Assembly (NCBI GenBank): GCA_012295275.1
Contig: CM022677.1
Location: forward strand, 12,586,001-12,650,000
Direction: 5' to 3'
DNA: 64,000 nt
DNA from: Chrysomallon squamiferum
Lineage: Eukaryota; Animalia; Mollusca
Shown: positions 63,368 to 64,000 of the stretch, piece by piece
How the letters are laid out: each line of letters begins with the position of its first letter
Numbering within the stretch: the stretch's first letter is position 1
Notes under the pieces: generated by a model
Databases searched by the model: none
Seen by the model: the letters and a program-made list of their open reading frames with translations, nothing else
Told to the model about the DNA's origin: nothing
Made by a program: the position numbers and the translations under genes

Positions 63368-64000
63368 GATATCAGGTCAATTGCCCCCTGGACACTGCCC
63401 CTAAGGACAACTGCCCCCATTTTTCTTCAAATATACCTTTCATAGTTATTTTTAAACAACATTCCAATAAATTCGTCAAAGCTACCTAGAGTCAGCTAAT
63501 TACTAATTGAACTTGATAAAAGGCATTTGGATTACTTTGATCTGCTAAAACGTCTGCTGAAACATATTATTAAAAATCATCTAACACCAAAGCTAACGAA
63601 AGTCAGCTAATTACTAATTCAGGCTAATTAAATGCTAAAGATTATTTTGATTTGGCAACTGATCAATAATTAAGACGAATGAGACAGTACATAAGGTCAT
63701 AGCGTCAGAGTATGGTCATCCAAAACTTGCGTTCGAAAACTATGTGTATGTCCGACAGAAGGAACTCAGTGGTGCAGTGATTTCTTACGAGTGTGAAGGA
63801 AGAAGACAACACGCTTGTAAAGCTAAACTGAACTGTGTCTGGATGCTTCTTTCATCTGGCGCCAAGTTCAACTCATTAGTCTAGCAGTTCGTTACAATAC
63901 TGATGAAGATTTTGCTTTACTGATCCGTCATCTGGAATTGCATTCGTTCCAGTGCATGAAGAGACGGCAGCTTTTGAAGTACTATCAGAAGCTGATGACC
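63368..64000 (+). mobile_element. Internally deleted FLYWCH-MULE transposon, copy B
   Basis: Terminus gatatcaggtcaattgccccctggac. GHPKLAFENYVYVRQKELSGAVISYECEGRRQHACKAKL (FLYWCH-like) is followed closely by LAVRYNTDEDFALLIRH/GIAFVPVHEETAAFEVL (MULE C-terminal ALAF.P motif). The DDE core is deleted. Confidence 0.75.

Larger units (their letters stand above)
56449..64000. repeat. Large inverted duplication: 56449-59513 versus 60934-64000 (extends past the window end)
   Basis: The reverse complement of 56449-59513 aligns end to end with 60934-64000, with ~99% identity in the coding part by manual comparison. The arms are separated by 1.2 kb of unique sequence and a 200-N gap. Confidence 0.97.

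Overview
AT-rich, microsatellite-rich animal DNA with spliceosomal GT-AG introns and TTAGGG-like repeats. It is probably an invertebrate, plausibly a mollusc or other lophotrochozoan. Only one long intact coding sequence is visible: a single-exon 602-aa predicted secreted protein of unknown family (60957-62765, +). A ~99% identical inverted copy (57680-59490, -) carries a frameshift and a nonsense codon, and the two face head-to-head across a 200-N gap. The rest of the window is decayed, internally deleted sequence: an HDGF-related/LEDGF retrocopy with an inverted 5' part (PWWP on -, IBD end on +); a ~10-kb tandem amplification of a deleted Ty3/Gypsy element; a 10-exon disabled MCC copy; a RING/NHL TRIM-like relic; DUF7869/Sola-like, hAT-like and FLYWCH-MULE transposase relics; a second Gypsy with a tRNA-Leu PBS; and several mini- and microsatellites. 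All homology calls come from motif recognition by eye, not from database searches.
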